A DNA stretch of 63,868 nucleotides. Source: Selaginella moellendorffii. Lineage: Eukaryota; Plantae; Lycopodiophyta. The stretch is taken from the NCBI RefSeq assembly GCF_000143415.4, contig NW_003314313.1, positions 425,759-489,626 of the forward strand, read 5' to 3'. Below the pieces are notes generated by a model. It saw only the letters and a program-made list of their open reading frames with translations. It had not been told where the DNA came from and did no database searches. The number at the start of each line of letters is the position of its first letter. Position 1 is the first letter of the stretch. This document shows positions 35,858-48,029 of this stretch, one piece after another. Both the position numbers and the translations under genes were made by a program.

Positions 35858-37910
35858 TGTAAGCAACTAAAAAAAATGACTTGAAAGATGATCCATAGAG
35901 TTCAAATATAGAGGAAAAGGGCCCATGAATAAAAGTGCACTTCTTTATCCAATCAATTAAAGGTTTTGGGATACTTAGGGTTAAATGTTCTTGGGTTTAA
36001 CGGGTTGAATAACCTCCAAGGAAGTCCAAATTAAGGAGGTTACTGTGAGACACAAAATCCCTAGGCCCCAAAGTGGAGCCGGAAAGGGTGCCACGTGGTA
36101 GTGGCTGAAGCGAGAGCCAAACGAGCGTAACACGTTTGGACCAAAAGCTCCGACTTGAAAAGTCAAGAGCGGGAGTGGAACTCCCAACGAAGTGCAAGAG
36201 GAACGAGCACGAAGCGAGCAAAAAGCGAGGCTCCAAAAAGGGACCCAAAAGGACCAACACATGACACGTGGAAGTGTCCGAGATGGACTCGAGTTGGAGT
36301 CCGAAGTAGTATCCGAGATGGACTCGAGTTGGAGTCCGAAGTAGTGTCCGAGATGGACTCGAGTTGGAGTCCGAAGTGGAGTCCGAGATGGACTCGAGTT
36401 GGAGTCCGAAGTGGAGTCCGAGATGGACCCGAGTTGGAGTCCGAAGTGGAGTCCGAGATGGACCCGAGTTGGAGTCCGAAGTGGAGTCCGAGATGGACCC
36501 GAGATGGACCCGAGATGGAGTCCGAGATGGAGCCCGAGATGGACCCGAGATGGAGTCCGAGATGGAGTCCGAGATGGAGTCCGAGGTGGACCCGAGATGG
36601 ACCCGAAATGGAGTCTGAGATGGAGTCCGAGATGGACCCGAGATGGAGTCCGAGATGGAGTCCGAGATGGACCCGAAATGGAGTCCGAGATGGACCCGAG
36701 ATGGAGTCTGAGATGGAGTCCGAGATGGAGTCCGAAGTCGAGACCGAGACCGGGACCGAGACCGGGACCGAGACCGGGACCGAGACCGAGACCGAAATCG
36801 GGACCGAGACCGAGACCGAGGCCGAGGCCGAGACCGAGCCCGAGCCCGAGTCCGAGTCCGAATCCGAGTCCGAGTCCGAGTCCGAGTCCGAGTCCGAGTC
36901 CGAGTCCGGAGCCTGAGAGGGTGAAAGCCCAAGGCGTTCGTCTCCCAGACCCTGGGGGGTTTGGTGAGCTCCAAAAGTATAGTAGGGGGAGGACTGCAGT
37001 GGAGCCAGTTTGGCCAGGAAAGGCCAGTTTGGCCTAGGAAGGCCGGACCCAGTGTTGGGTGATGAGCTGCCCACTGGGATGTCCAAGACTAGAGTGAACA
37101 CAGACCGACAAGCGGGGTAGCTTGGTGAAGTGTTCAAGAGCCGGCTCTAGTTCCCCCGGGAGATCGACTGGCCGATGCTCCCAGTCCAAGTGTGGGTGGC
37201 ACTACCTACTTGGATACCTGGTGTGGCTCAACGGAACCCGCTCTAAGCCATGGCTAGAGCACCCAAGGGCAGAAGGCGAGGAGAGTACCCAGGTGGCTCG
37301 CGTAAGGCCACGGTGTTCCGAAATGTTGTCCCAAAGGCCCAGACTGTGGAAAGGAAGAGGAGCAGTCCTTTGGGGTAGGGACCAAGGACACAGTCGTGTG
37401 GTGAGGAAGTCCCAGAGGACCGTGGGACTTAGTGGCCGGGCCTGTGGGTCTCGATCCAGTGGCAGTGTTGGCAAACACGGCCAGGGGCAGAAAGGGACTT
37501 AGTGGGGACTGACAGAGGGATATTGGGGAAGGCTATTCCCCTTGTCGGTGGGCATCCTAAGGATGCTAAGGAGTGGATCTGAGATGACCACTCACGGATG
37601 GTTTGCCTAGTCTTGGAGAGCCAAGACTGTGATGCAAGTGGTATTGGACTACAAGTGTGGCAAAGGTGATTGGGCATGGCCTTAGCGTAACGGGCTGCTA
37701 TGTCGGTGGTACCTTTGAGTGTCGGTCATGGGATCGGACACGTGGAGCACTTGGACCAAGTGCAAATGTTGAATGGCATGGATGCCATTCTCGGGGCTAG
37801 CAAGTCCCAAATCCTGGATTGGACTTATGGAGGTTGTGAATGAGACTCCTCCAAGTGGTTAGTGGTGTGGTTAAGTGACTAAAGCAGAATGGAAAATTTA
37901 GTCGCTTACA
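35858..37910 (+). mobile_element. LTR 1 (2053 bp) of an LTR retrotransposon
   Basis: TGTAAGCAACTAAA...TTTAGTCGCTTACA terminal inverted repeat (13/14 match); followed by a PBS. Confidence 0.85.
36271..36910. repeat. GC-rich compound minisatellite inside LTR 1 (35-, 11/12- and 6-bp units)
   Basis: GAGATGGACTCGAGTTGGAGTCCGAAGTGGAGTCC units, then GAGATGGAGTCC/GAGATGGACCC, then GAGACC/GGGACC and (GAGTCC)n. Confidence 0.95.
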
Positions 37911-37913
37911 ATT

Positions 37914-37925
37914 TGGTATCGGAGC
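37914..37925 (+). promoter_or_regulatory. Primer-binding site (tRNA-iMet type)
   Basis: TGGTATCGGAGC 3 nt after the LTR end; the canonical plant site is TGGTATCAGAGC. Confidence 0.85.
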
Positions 37926-39641
37926 TGTTCCTTAGTCCGACTTTTATTGGTGCTCAAGTACATCACCACTAGTGTTGGCATCGGAAGGTCCGAGGAGTGG
38001 GCCTATCCTTGAGGAGTAGCAAGTCGGGAAGACATGGCTTTCCATTACAGTTCATGTGTGAACTTGTAGACGAGGTGGTGGATAGAAAAGGGCCAATAAT
38101 GGAACGACTTTGGGATCTTGGGAACAGTATATGGTTTTCCTCAAAGAGTTGAGGATGTGATCCAGATGAGCGTTTGACTTAGCAAACTGGCTAATGTAGT
38201 TGTGGTAAACAACTACAGTTGGGATCACGGGAAAGATAAAGACTCCAAAGCAATAAAGGAGTCACAAGATTTTCCTCATATAGTTGAGGTTGGTGCTCAT
38301 GAATGTGAGACCAGAAGTAATGACCGTGGGAGGTCAAATACGGAAGAGGACTCAAGTCCTTGAAAAGGTAGCTGGGGCTACCTCTAATAAATGCTGGAAC
38401 AACCCAAGGAGTTGGGGGTGTATTAAGTGGATGAGTTGGTGTTCTCATCACATGGACAAGTAGTCCTAAGGGGCAAAGGTTGCCCCCAGAGAACAAAATC
38501 AAGTGTCGGAGTAACACTTGTGAAAATAGTCCTTTTGAGTAGGACAGGAATGCAAGAAGTGTATTCCAGTGAGCTAGTGCCTCACAAGTAGGACTTTACG
38601 GGTCTGTGGATTAACCAAGTCCAAAACTGCTGGATGACTCAAGTAGAGTCAACGGATGGTTCTAAAAGGACTAATAGAAGCATTTGGACTGAGGTGTGTT
38701 GTACCCCACAAAGGATGGGGGGGGATCATAGGATCCAAGGATGAGAACAGAGGGTATCTCATCGATGGCAAAATGTGCCATGCTAAAGTTATGGGAAAGG
38801 TGTTCCCAGAAGAAAACAACTTTGACATAAAGTTGTGTGTGACTTCTATGGTGCAGTGCTAACGGATGGTTGGCATGAGAAAGAGCGGTGTTGGTCTTGG
38901 CAAAGACTTAGACACGAAGGGGAAATGTCATAGAGGTAGGCTTGTGGAGCCGATGGTGTGAAGACACCAAATGTGCCAAGGTGTGATACCTTGAGGCTAT
39001 GTTAGTGGGTTTATGAGAACCCCTTGACAAAGGAATCCCAATGGAAATGGGAATAGCATAGCCTAAGCTGCAGAGCATGCAGTTGGAGTGTGGTGACCCA
39101 GATAATGATGGAGGTGTGAAAGCACCAAGCAATGAGTTGTAGGACTTGACAACTATGAGGCAACTAAGCAAGAGATTCAAAATAACTGGTTAAACGGGTA
39201 GAAGGTAGCTACCCAAGACTTCTTAATAGCATAGGGAAGTTGGATATACCCTTACGGGGGATAAATTGCTTGTGTTGCGATATAGTAAGTCAATGTCATA
39301 AAAGGAAATACTCATTGTCAAGAAAGCCATCATTGGGACACCCGAACACTCTAGAACACCAGAAGGTGGTGTTTGATGTCGCGAGGGCAATAGATAAAGC
39401 CCAAGGGACTAAGTCCCTAGCGAATGATGGATAGAAGGTGCTATCCAAATGTCCAAGGTTGCGGAGACAGGAGAGGACTGTTTACCCGAGTTGGACAAAG
39501 CCAAAAATGGAATTTTGGCAAGGCTAGTGATGGGCATGTAAAGGCCCATAAGCAACAATGTAATCCCAGTGTGTGGGATTATAAGGTGAGCATACCCAGA
39601 TTGAGGAACCACTCCCTAGGCTATTGGGTAGGTTCATCCCT
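37926..39641 (+). mobile_element. Retrotransposon internal sequence, degenerate or non-autonomous
   Basis: Follows the PBS; no long ORF and no recognisable RT or integrase motifs. Confidence 0.6.
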
Positions 39642-39956
39642 AGAGCAGCATGCTGAAGGAGATTTGACAATATGGATGTTGCAATTGTATGTAGTAACAT
39701 TTAGATGAGAAGAGTTAATGAAGAGATAAATGTTTTATATTTTGTATCTTCCCAAGTAGAGCAAAAGAAAAAAGTATAGGCAAAATGGAATTACACTTAA
39801 GTTTAGGGATCCAAAGAAAAATGACTTGACCTAGGCAATGCTCATCATAGACAAGTGTTAAGTAATTAGGAATGGATATAAAATCATGTAATATATAAGT
39901 AACACTTAGACATGTTGGAAAAAAACTCCCGCTCACTATTGTATGCATTTGCATTG

Positions 39957-42069
39957 TGTAAGCAACTAAAAAAAATGACTTGAAAGATGATCCATAGAGT
40001 TCAAATATAGAGGAAAAGGGCCCATGAATAAAAGTGCACTTCTTTATCCAATCAATTAAAGGTTTTGGGATACTTAGGGTTAAATGTTCTTGGGTTTAAC
40101 GGGTTGAATAACCTCCAAGGAAGTCCAAATTAAGGAGGTTACTGTGAGACACAAAATCCCTAGGCCCCAAAGTGGAGCCGGAAAGGGTGCCACGTGGTAG
40201 TGGCTGAAGCGAGAGCCAAACGAGCGTAACACGTTTGGACCAAAAGCTCCGACTTGAAAAGTCAAGAGCGGGAGTGGAACTCCCAACGAAGTGCAAGAGG
40301 AACGAGCACGAAGCGAGCAAAAAGCGAGGCTCCAAAAAGGGACCCAAAAGGACCAACACATGACACGTGGAAGTGTCCGAGATGGACTCGAGTTGGAGTC
40401 CGAAGTAGTATCCGAGATGGACTCGAGTTGGAGTCCGAAGTAGTGTCCGAGATGGACTCGAGTTGGAGTCCGAAGTGGAGTCCAAGATGGACTCGAGTTG
40501 GAGTCCGAAGTGGAGTCCGAGATGGACCCGAGTTGGAGTCCGAAGTGGAGTCCGAGATGGACCCGAGTTGGAGTCCGAAGTGGAGTCCGAGATGGACCCG
40601 AGTTGGAGTCCGAAGTGGAGTCCGAGATGGACCCGAGATGGACCCGAGATGGAGTCCGAGATGGAGCCCGAGATGGACCCGAGATGGAGTCCGAGATGGA
40701 GTCCGAGATGGAGTCCGAGGTGGACCCGAGATGGACCCGAAATGGAGTCTGAGATGGAGTCCGAGATGGACCCGAGATGGAGTCCGAGATGGAGTCCGAG
40801 ATGGACCCGAAATGGAGTCCGAGATGGACCCGAGATGGAGTCTGAGATGGAGTCCGAGATGGAGTCCGAAGTCGAGACCGAGACCGGGACCGAGACCGGG
40901 ACCGAGACCGGGACCGAGACCGAGACCGAAATCGGGACCGAGACCGAGACCGAGGCCGAGGCCGAGACCGAGCCCGAGCTAAGCCTGAGCCTGAGCCCCG
41001 AGTCCGAGTCCGAGTCCGAGTCCGAGTCCGAGTCCGAGTCCGAGTCCGAGTCCGAGTCCGAGTCCGGAGCCTGAGAGGGTGAAAGCCCAAGGCGTTCGTC
41101 TCCCAGACCCTGGGGGGTTTGGTGAGCTCCAAAAGTATAGTAGGGGGAGGACTGCAGTGGAGCCAGTTTGGCCAGGAAAGGCCAGTTTGGCCTAGGAAGG
41201 CCGGACCCAGTGTTGGGTGATGAGCTGCCCACTGGGATGTCCAAGACTAGAGTGAACACAGACCGACAAGCGGGGTAGCTTGGTGAAGTGTTCAAGAGCC
41301 GGCTCTAGTTCCCCCGGGAGATCGACTGGCCGATGCTCCCAATCCAAGTGTGGGTGGCACTACCTACTTGGATACCTGGTGTGGCTCAACGGAACCCGCT
41401 CTAAGCCCATGGCTAGAGCACCCAAGGGCAGAAGGCGAGGAGAGTACCCAGGTGGCTCGCGTAAGGCCACGGTGTTCCGAAATGTTGTCCCAAAGGCCCA
41501 GACTGTGGAAAGGAAGAGGAGCAGTCCTCTGGGGTAGGGACCAAGGACACAGTCGTGTGGTGAGGAAGTCCCAGAGGACCGTGGGACTTAGTGGCCGGGC
41601 CTGTGGGTCTCGATCCAGTGGCAGTGTTGGCAAACACGGCCAGGGGCAGAAAGGGACTTAGTGGGGACTGACAGAGGGATATTGGGGAAGGCTATTCCCC
41701 TTGTCGGTGGGCATCCTAAGGATGCTAAGGAGTGGATCTGAGATGACCACTCACGGATGGTTTGCCTAGTCTTGGAGAGCCAAGACTGTGATGCAAGTGG
41801 TATTGGACTACAAGTGTGGCAAAGGTGATTGGGCATGGCCTTAGCGTAACGGGCTGCTATGTCGGTGGTACCTTTGAGTGTCGGTCATGGGATCGGACAC
41901 ATGGAGCACTTGGACCAAGTGCAAATGTTGAATGGCATGGATGCCATTCTCGGGGCTAGCAAGTCCCAAATCCTGGATTGGACTTATGGAGGTTGTGAAT
42001 GAGACTCCTCCAAGTGGTTAGTGGTGTGGTTAAGTGACTAAAGCAGAATGGAAAATTTAGTCGCTTACA
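39957..42069 (+). mobile_element. LTR 2 (2113 bp), near-identical to LTR 1
   Basis: Same TG...CA termini; differs by a few substitutions, a 1-nt indel and minisatellite copy number. Confidence 0.85.
40371..41068. repeat. Compound minisatellite inside LTR 2
   Basis: Same units as in LTR 1, with one extra 35-mer and extra 6-mers. Confidence 0.95.
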
Positions 42070-42453
42070 GTTACACATTAAATTAACCATATTTTCTCCC
42101 ACTTATATAAAATAAAGTTGAGAGAGTGATATATACTTATCCTTATTCATGCCTTTAGGGTTCAAAATTGAATTTTTTTTTTTTTCATTCTTCTTCTTTC
42201 CTTATCTTCTCTACATTCTTGTCTCTATTTTTTTATCACTATTTTGCAAACAAGGGCAAGAACACGAATATAGGTAAAAAAAACCTTACTCAAGAGCAAC
42301 AACAATGGACACTTTTAACACTTTTCAATCATAACTGTTTTAAATTTTGAAATTTATAAAACGGGTTTCTGGATAGTTTTGGCTGAAGATTTAGAGTTTT
42401 TAGGGATTAGAAGCTTGTGCTCACCCTTGCAATTGAACAACCAAACTCAGTTG

Positions 42454-45400
42454 ATGGCGGCCTTCATAACACGTGGTACAACTCCTTTTACTCTTGGTGC
42501 CAATCCTCACGTTCGGCCGGAGTTCTTTTGCGGGAATCCTGGGGATGATGTGTACTATTGGTTCGATCACGTCACAGTGATTGCCACATATCATTCTTGG
42601 GATGATGCTTGACATTTGCATGAGTTTCCCACGTGTCTTCAAGGGACAGCATTGTAATGGTATAATAATTTGAGCACAGCCACTCGTGGGGATTAGAGTG
42701 TTCTCCCAGACATCTTCAAACACGCCTTTGGACATGCTAACGATTATGATGATGCCTTTCAATAATTGCATTGTTTTTGCTAAGGGCCATTTGAGTCGGT
42801 GATGCAATTTGGCATTTATTTCTGAAGTCTTTTGCTTTATGCGGAGCCAAATATGTTGGAGCGAATCAAGCTAGGAATGTTGTGGCCAGCACTTCATCAA
42901 GATCTTGTCGAACTTGTGTATACACTTGCTCCTGCCACCCTTGATAATGCTCTTCACTTGGCACAACATTATGAGATGTCGCCTCTTCCACTTCTCGCTG
43001 CACGTCCTTCAGCTCCACTTCCTATGTGTGATAGTCCTATTTCAATGGAGGTTGATGTTGCTGCTGCTCGAGTACAAGGACAAAGGCGAGGACATGGTCA
43101 TGGCCGTAATATTCGTTGTTGGGCGTGTGATGAAGTTGGTCATACTTATCAGCGTTGTCAGTGTTTTCCGGATTAGCGACCTCTATTTCTTGGGTGGAGA
43201 CCTTGGCATCAGCAATGTCCCGTTGGTGCTACTATAGTGGAAGGTTTGGACACCGAGATGCATATGGGAAACGAGGAGTCACCCGAGTAACGGAGGGACC
43301 TTGCCCAAATAATTTAGTGGCCTCTCCATCTTTCTTTCGGTAGTATCATCAAGCGGTTCACTCAACACCGGTTCATCCAATGTTTACTTTCCAAGCTCAT
43401 TTTTATAACAAGAGGTCTCCTATTATTCTCTCTGTGTTAGTTAATACAGGTTCAAGTTTATCTTCTATTGCTCGACCTGTTGCCACACATTGCCGTCTAC
43501 ACTTGTATCGTGCGGCAGAACCTGTTTTCATTCTTTATGGCAATGGCCATACACATGCATGTGCATGGGATGAGGCAAACCTGGTTGTGCATGTGGGCGA
43601 TCTCGAGATTGAGTTGCAGTCATTGCAGGTGGTGCCGAGTCAAGCTTTTGACCTCATTCTTGGTATGGATTGGTTGTAGTGCAATCATGCCAAGTGTGAC
43701 TTTGAGGCTTCTCCCCCTTGTCTCATATTTCCTTATGTTTCATCCATTCCCCACACTTTCGTACCTCTTCATCCCTCTACTTCTACCTCTGCTTCCATTA
43801 CTTTTGTTCCCCCACTATTTCCTCTTATGTTTCCGTCTTGTTCTGCTCTTCCCTTTTCCGATCCCTCTGACGATCTTTGTGTTGCAGTAGTTGACCGGCT
43901 CATGAAGGAGTATTCTGATCTCTTTGAATTTGACCTATCGTCCAAAGCCAAGATTGCTACACATCATCTGATTCCAACCGGGGATGCTCATCCAATCAAG
44001 GTTTTTATTCATCATCGGTCACCCAAAGAGATCAAGATTTTATATGCAAACATCAAAAGATATTGGAGAAGGGTGTTATTTGGAAGTAGATATATGAACC
44101 TCATCTTGTGACAAAGCTTGATGGGAGTATTCATTTCTGCATCGACTATTGTCCGTTAAATGAAGTGACGATCTCAAATGTGTACCCTCTTCCTCACACT
44201 GCTAATCTCTTGGATCGTCTGGGGTGAAGTCATTGGTTCACTAAGTTAGATCTTGCTTTTGGGTACTGGCAAGTACTAATGGCCAAAGAAGATATTTCTA
44301 AGACTGCTTTTCGTACACCATTTGGTTTGTACAAGTTCTTGGTGATGCCATTTAGTTTGAACAATACTCCAACAACTTTCCAGCGGATGATGGATGAGGT
44401 TTTTTGCGATATGCCGGAGCTGATTGCTAACTTCATTAATGATGTCTTGATCCATTCAGAAGGGACGTGGGAGGAGCACGTTCGTGATGTTTGTAAAATG
44501 TTAGATCGGCTATGCAACTTTGGTTTAAAGCTGAGTGGTTGAAGTGCGTGTTTGGGTCAAAAGACACAACTTATTTTGGGTACCGTATTTCTCGTGAGAG
44601 TTTGCAAGTTGATCCTGACAAACTTGTAGATGTTCTAAAATTCCCTACTTCAAAGTGTGTGAATCATGTGCAGCACTTCCTTGGCAAGGTGTAGTATCTC
44701 AGTCGTTTTATGGAGTATCTTTCTGATCGCACTACATTATTGCGAGCATTGCTGAAGTCATCAACGTCATCTTTCATCTGGTCTTTGGATTGTGAGCAGG
44801 CGTTCATAGATCTCAAAGGGCTATTGACAACTCCTCCGATTTTGGCATATCTTGACTACACTCGACCTTTTATTTTGCGTGTGGATGCTTCTAACATTGG
44901 TCTTGAAGGTGTGTTGATGCAAAAGAGCTCAAGTGTGCCTGGTCAGCTCCATCCCATTGCATATATAAGCCTTACATTACAACCAGTGAAGATAAACTAC
45001 TCCATGATAGAGAAGGAGTGTTTAGCAGCAGTCTAGGGTTTTGAGAAACTTCATGCATATCTACATGGTTCTCGGACGTTGCTTGAAGGTGACCATACTG
45101 TTGTTACTTCATTATTGAAGTGGAAGAACTTGGTTAGTCGTACTGCCTGATGGGGTTTAAAGCTTCAGATATATGATTTTGATGTTGTTCATCACCCAAG
45201 GAATTCTATTGTTGATGCTAATGCCTTTTCTCGAGATCCTCTTCCTTCTCCACTCTCTTCTCATGTTTTTGACGAGCCTATTGTTCCAGCATCTATGGAT
45301 TTTCTAGACAAGGATTCTATGCCGTCACGGTTGCTGTATTTGACATTCAATGTCCACAAGGTGCGGAGCAAGATCTACCTTCTCTTGATGAGGTTCGCGA

Positions 45401-46940
45401 GGCTCAAAAGATTGAGCCGTGGATTCGAAGGCTTCAAGATGGGTTTGAGAATCCTACATCACTTGCTAATGACTTGCCTTTCCGACATTTATATTCTCAA
45501 TATCACCTTGAAGACGGCTTTCTTTATTTTGTGGAAATGAATCGTAATGATCATTTACGGCTAGTGGTGCCTTCTGTCTTTATTCTATGGTTTTTCAATG
45601 CCTACCATGATTCTCCTATTCTAGATGGGCATATGGGACATTGTCGTGTAACTGAGAAGCTGCACAGATCTTTCTATTGGCCAAAGATGCAACATGATAT
45701 TATTTAGTATGTGCGTAGTTGCATTTGGTGCCAAACTTGTAATACTCCTCCTTGTCTTGTGAAAGGACGGTTATAGTCAATTGCAATTTCCCGTCCGTTT
45801 GAGTTGGTGGCATTTGATCTTATGGGACCTTTTCCACAATCGATTGCTTGCAATGAGTATGTTATTATTGCTTCTGACTACTTGACTCGTTAGGTGGAAG
45901 TTGATGCTCTTGCTAGTGCCCTTGCAACTACTGTTGGATACTTCCTTCTCAATCGAGTGGTATTCCAGTATTCTTGTCCAAAGCGGATTCTTTTGAATAA
46001 TGGTCCCACATTTATGGCTGAGGCATTTCATGTTTTGACGTCTTGATTGGGGATATGCCACACTTTCACGAATGCTTATCATCCACAATCAGACAGTCTG
46101 ATGGAACAGCTCGTTCAGACATTCAAAGGGATGATTGCGAAGTATGTGAACTTTCAGCATTCAGATTAGGATGGTTATTTGCTGTCTCTTCGGTATGCAT
46201 ATGTCACAGGGGTGCAGAGTTCTATTGGTGCTTCACCATATAAACTCCTATATGGTTATGATCCAATATTACCAACAGAACTGCATTTACCTTTGCAATT
46301 ACCACAAGCTACCGATGCTAAGTCATGAGATCAGTATTTGATGAGCATTCTTCCACTTGTCCAAGTAGAGTTTTCTGAGCACTTAGGCCGCGTATAAGTG
46401 GGACAACAACAACACTACAACTCCCATCATCATCAGAGTACAAAGTGGATAATTTGGTGTTAGTCTATTTTCCCCATTTTATGGTACATGGTTTATCTAA
46501 GGGGCTCCTTGCACAGTGGAAAAGACTGTATTGGGTGTTGCAGCAAGTTGGACCACAATTTTATGAGGTTTGGCATGACATCCAGCAAGCCAATCCTCCA
46601 GAGATTGTGCATTTGCAGCGGTTGAAACGCTTCATACAAAGGGATCAGGAGTAGTTAATACCACCTACAGATCCGCCGATGCCTCCTCCTGATGCTCCTC
46701 CAGATCCCCGCCCGTTTACAAGAGAACCCTGATGGTCTTCCATTATTCTGAGAGGAAGGGATGATGTGAGGGCCAATTGTATGGCTATAATGCCGTATAT
46801 TAATATTAGTGTAATGGGATTTTGGGAGCTATCAAATTAGTTTCAATTTGGACCACTCACTCCTATATATAAACTAAAGTTTTTGGGCTAATTGATATGC
46901 ACATTTTCTGTATTCTTTTTCCATATTCCAAGCACTCACA
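42454..46940 (+). mobile_element. Degenerate Ty3/gypsy retrotransposon (gag-PR-RT-RNaseH-INT) with PPT and probable short 3' LTR
   Basis: Gag RPEFFCGNPGDDVYYWF, zinc knuckle CWACDEVGHTYQRC, protease VNTGSS and LILGMDWL, RT KTAFRTPFGLYKFLVMPF and FINDVL, RNase H DASNIG and EKECLA, integrase HDSPILDGHMGH and FDLMGPF; many stops. PPT GAGAGGAAGGGATGA at 46750-46764, then TGTGAG...CTCACA at 46765-46940. Confidence 0.9.
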
Positions 46941-47386
46941 CATCTATATTCTAAAATATTCTTTAATACATATCATTTACAGTTTCTGTAATACATTTTT
47001 AATTAAAATTTATTATTGTTTAAGTTTTCTCTCAAGCTTTGCCTATTGAATAGTAGCATCCCCATTGATAAGAAATTGCCAACCGTCTTATTTCAAGGCT
47101 ACCCCAGGAATCTTTCACATGTGGAACATATAAATTAGCTTTCAAATATTATTTACCAAAACTTTGAAATGAATTTGGGATCCTGATCATTCAAAGTAAG
47201 TATTAACACTAAATGTAATTACGACAAGTATCACATGTTAAACCATAAAAGCTAAATAACCAATCAATAAACACTTAAAACCATAAATCATCATCTTGAA
47301 GTGAATCATTTTCATCAAACAATACATAACAACCTATATAACATCATAAAAATATTAAACCATGGAAAATTTACTGATTTATATAT

Positions 47387-47920
47387 AGGTCAGCTTTGAT
47401 AATTATCGATTCACAATGTCAGGGTGGTGTGGTGTGTTCTCGTCATTTGCATTTTCACGAGCTTTCTGGTCGATCTAGGAGACACCTTATAGCGTTCTAC
47501 ATAGTCAATGGACCCCAAACATAACATGACAAGTTTTAAGAACCTTGATCAAACTTTTGATCAGCAGTTGCGAAGTTGACAGCTATGGCTGGAGAGAACC
47601 TCTCCACTTGTTGATTGAGATGGTTGAACCAGAAAGAGCATATCAATCGGTGCTGGATTCATAAGAGAGGCCATGCACACTAAAGTGATGGTGGATCCAA
47701 CTAAAGCGGTCCTCGACACCTACGAACCAAATATCTGATTCGGCAATCTCGAGCCCATTGTGATCACTGCTGAGGCCCGGAGAGACAAACCATCAAAGCA
47801 AGTATCTGTGACGAGTTGAAGATGGCGAACTTATCTCTTGGATCAGGGAAGTTCCCAATCGTCCATGGAGGACAGCGGCTCTGTGGCGAAGAAGTCTTCA
47901 CAAAGAATGTCCACAGATGC
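47387..47920 (-). pseudogene. 3' fragment of the LisH-domain gene (unit 2)
   Basis: Matches 53990-54477, with deletions and an extra segment of about 150 bp. Confidence 0.75.
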
Positions 47921-48029
47921 TCTCAAAGGAAAAGATGATAACGGTACCATGGATGTTTCATACGCAGCTTCGATCTGTCAGAATCTACGACATTAGGGTC
48001 CTAGGGTTTCACTGTTTAGTCCAGCTTCA

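Larger units (their letters stand above)
33551..47386. mobile_element. ~13.8 kb composite insertion (AT-rich DNA, LTR pair, degenerate gypsy) in unit 2
   Basis: Unit 1 reads ggttgtaaga-tccgctgctaatacta-aggtcagctttgat (27751-27790); in unit 2 the two flanks lie at 33550 and 47387. Confidence 0.8.

Noticed and set aside
36271-36500. 35-bp repeats resembling a CRISPR array
   Set aside because: Head-to-tail repeats with no unique spacers, no cas genes, and a eukaryotic LTR context.
35997-37137. Long RS/ES/SD-repeat ORFs on both strands (also 40080-41295)
   Set aside because: They arise from a stop-poor minisatellite inside LTRs and are open in several frames at once; no evidence of real proteins.
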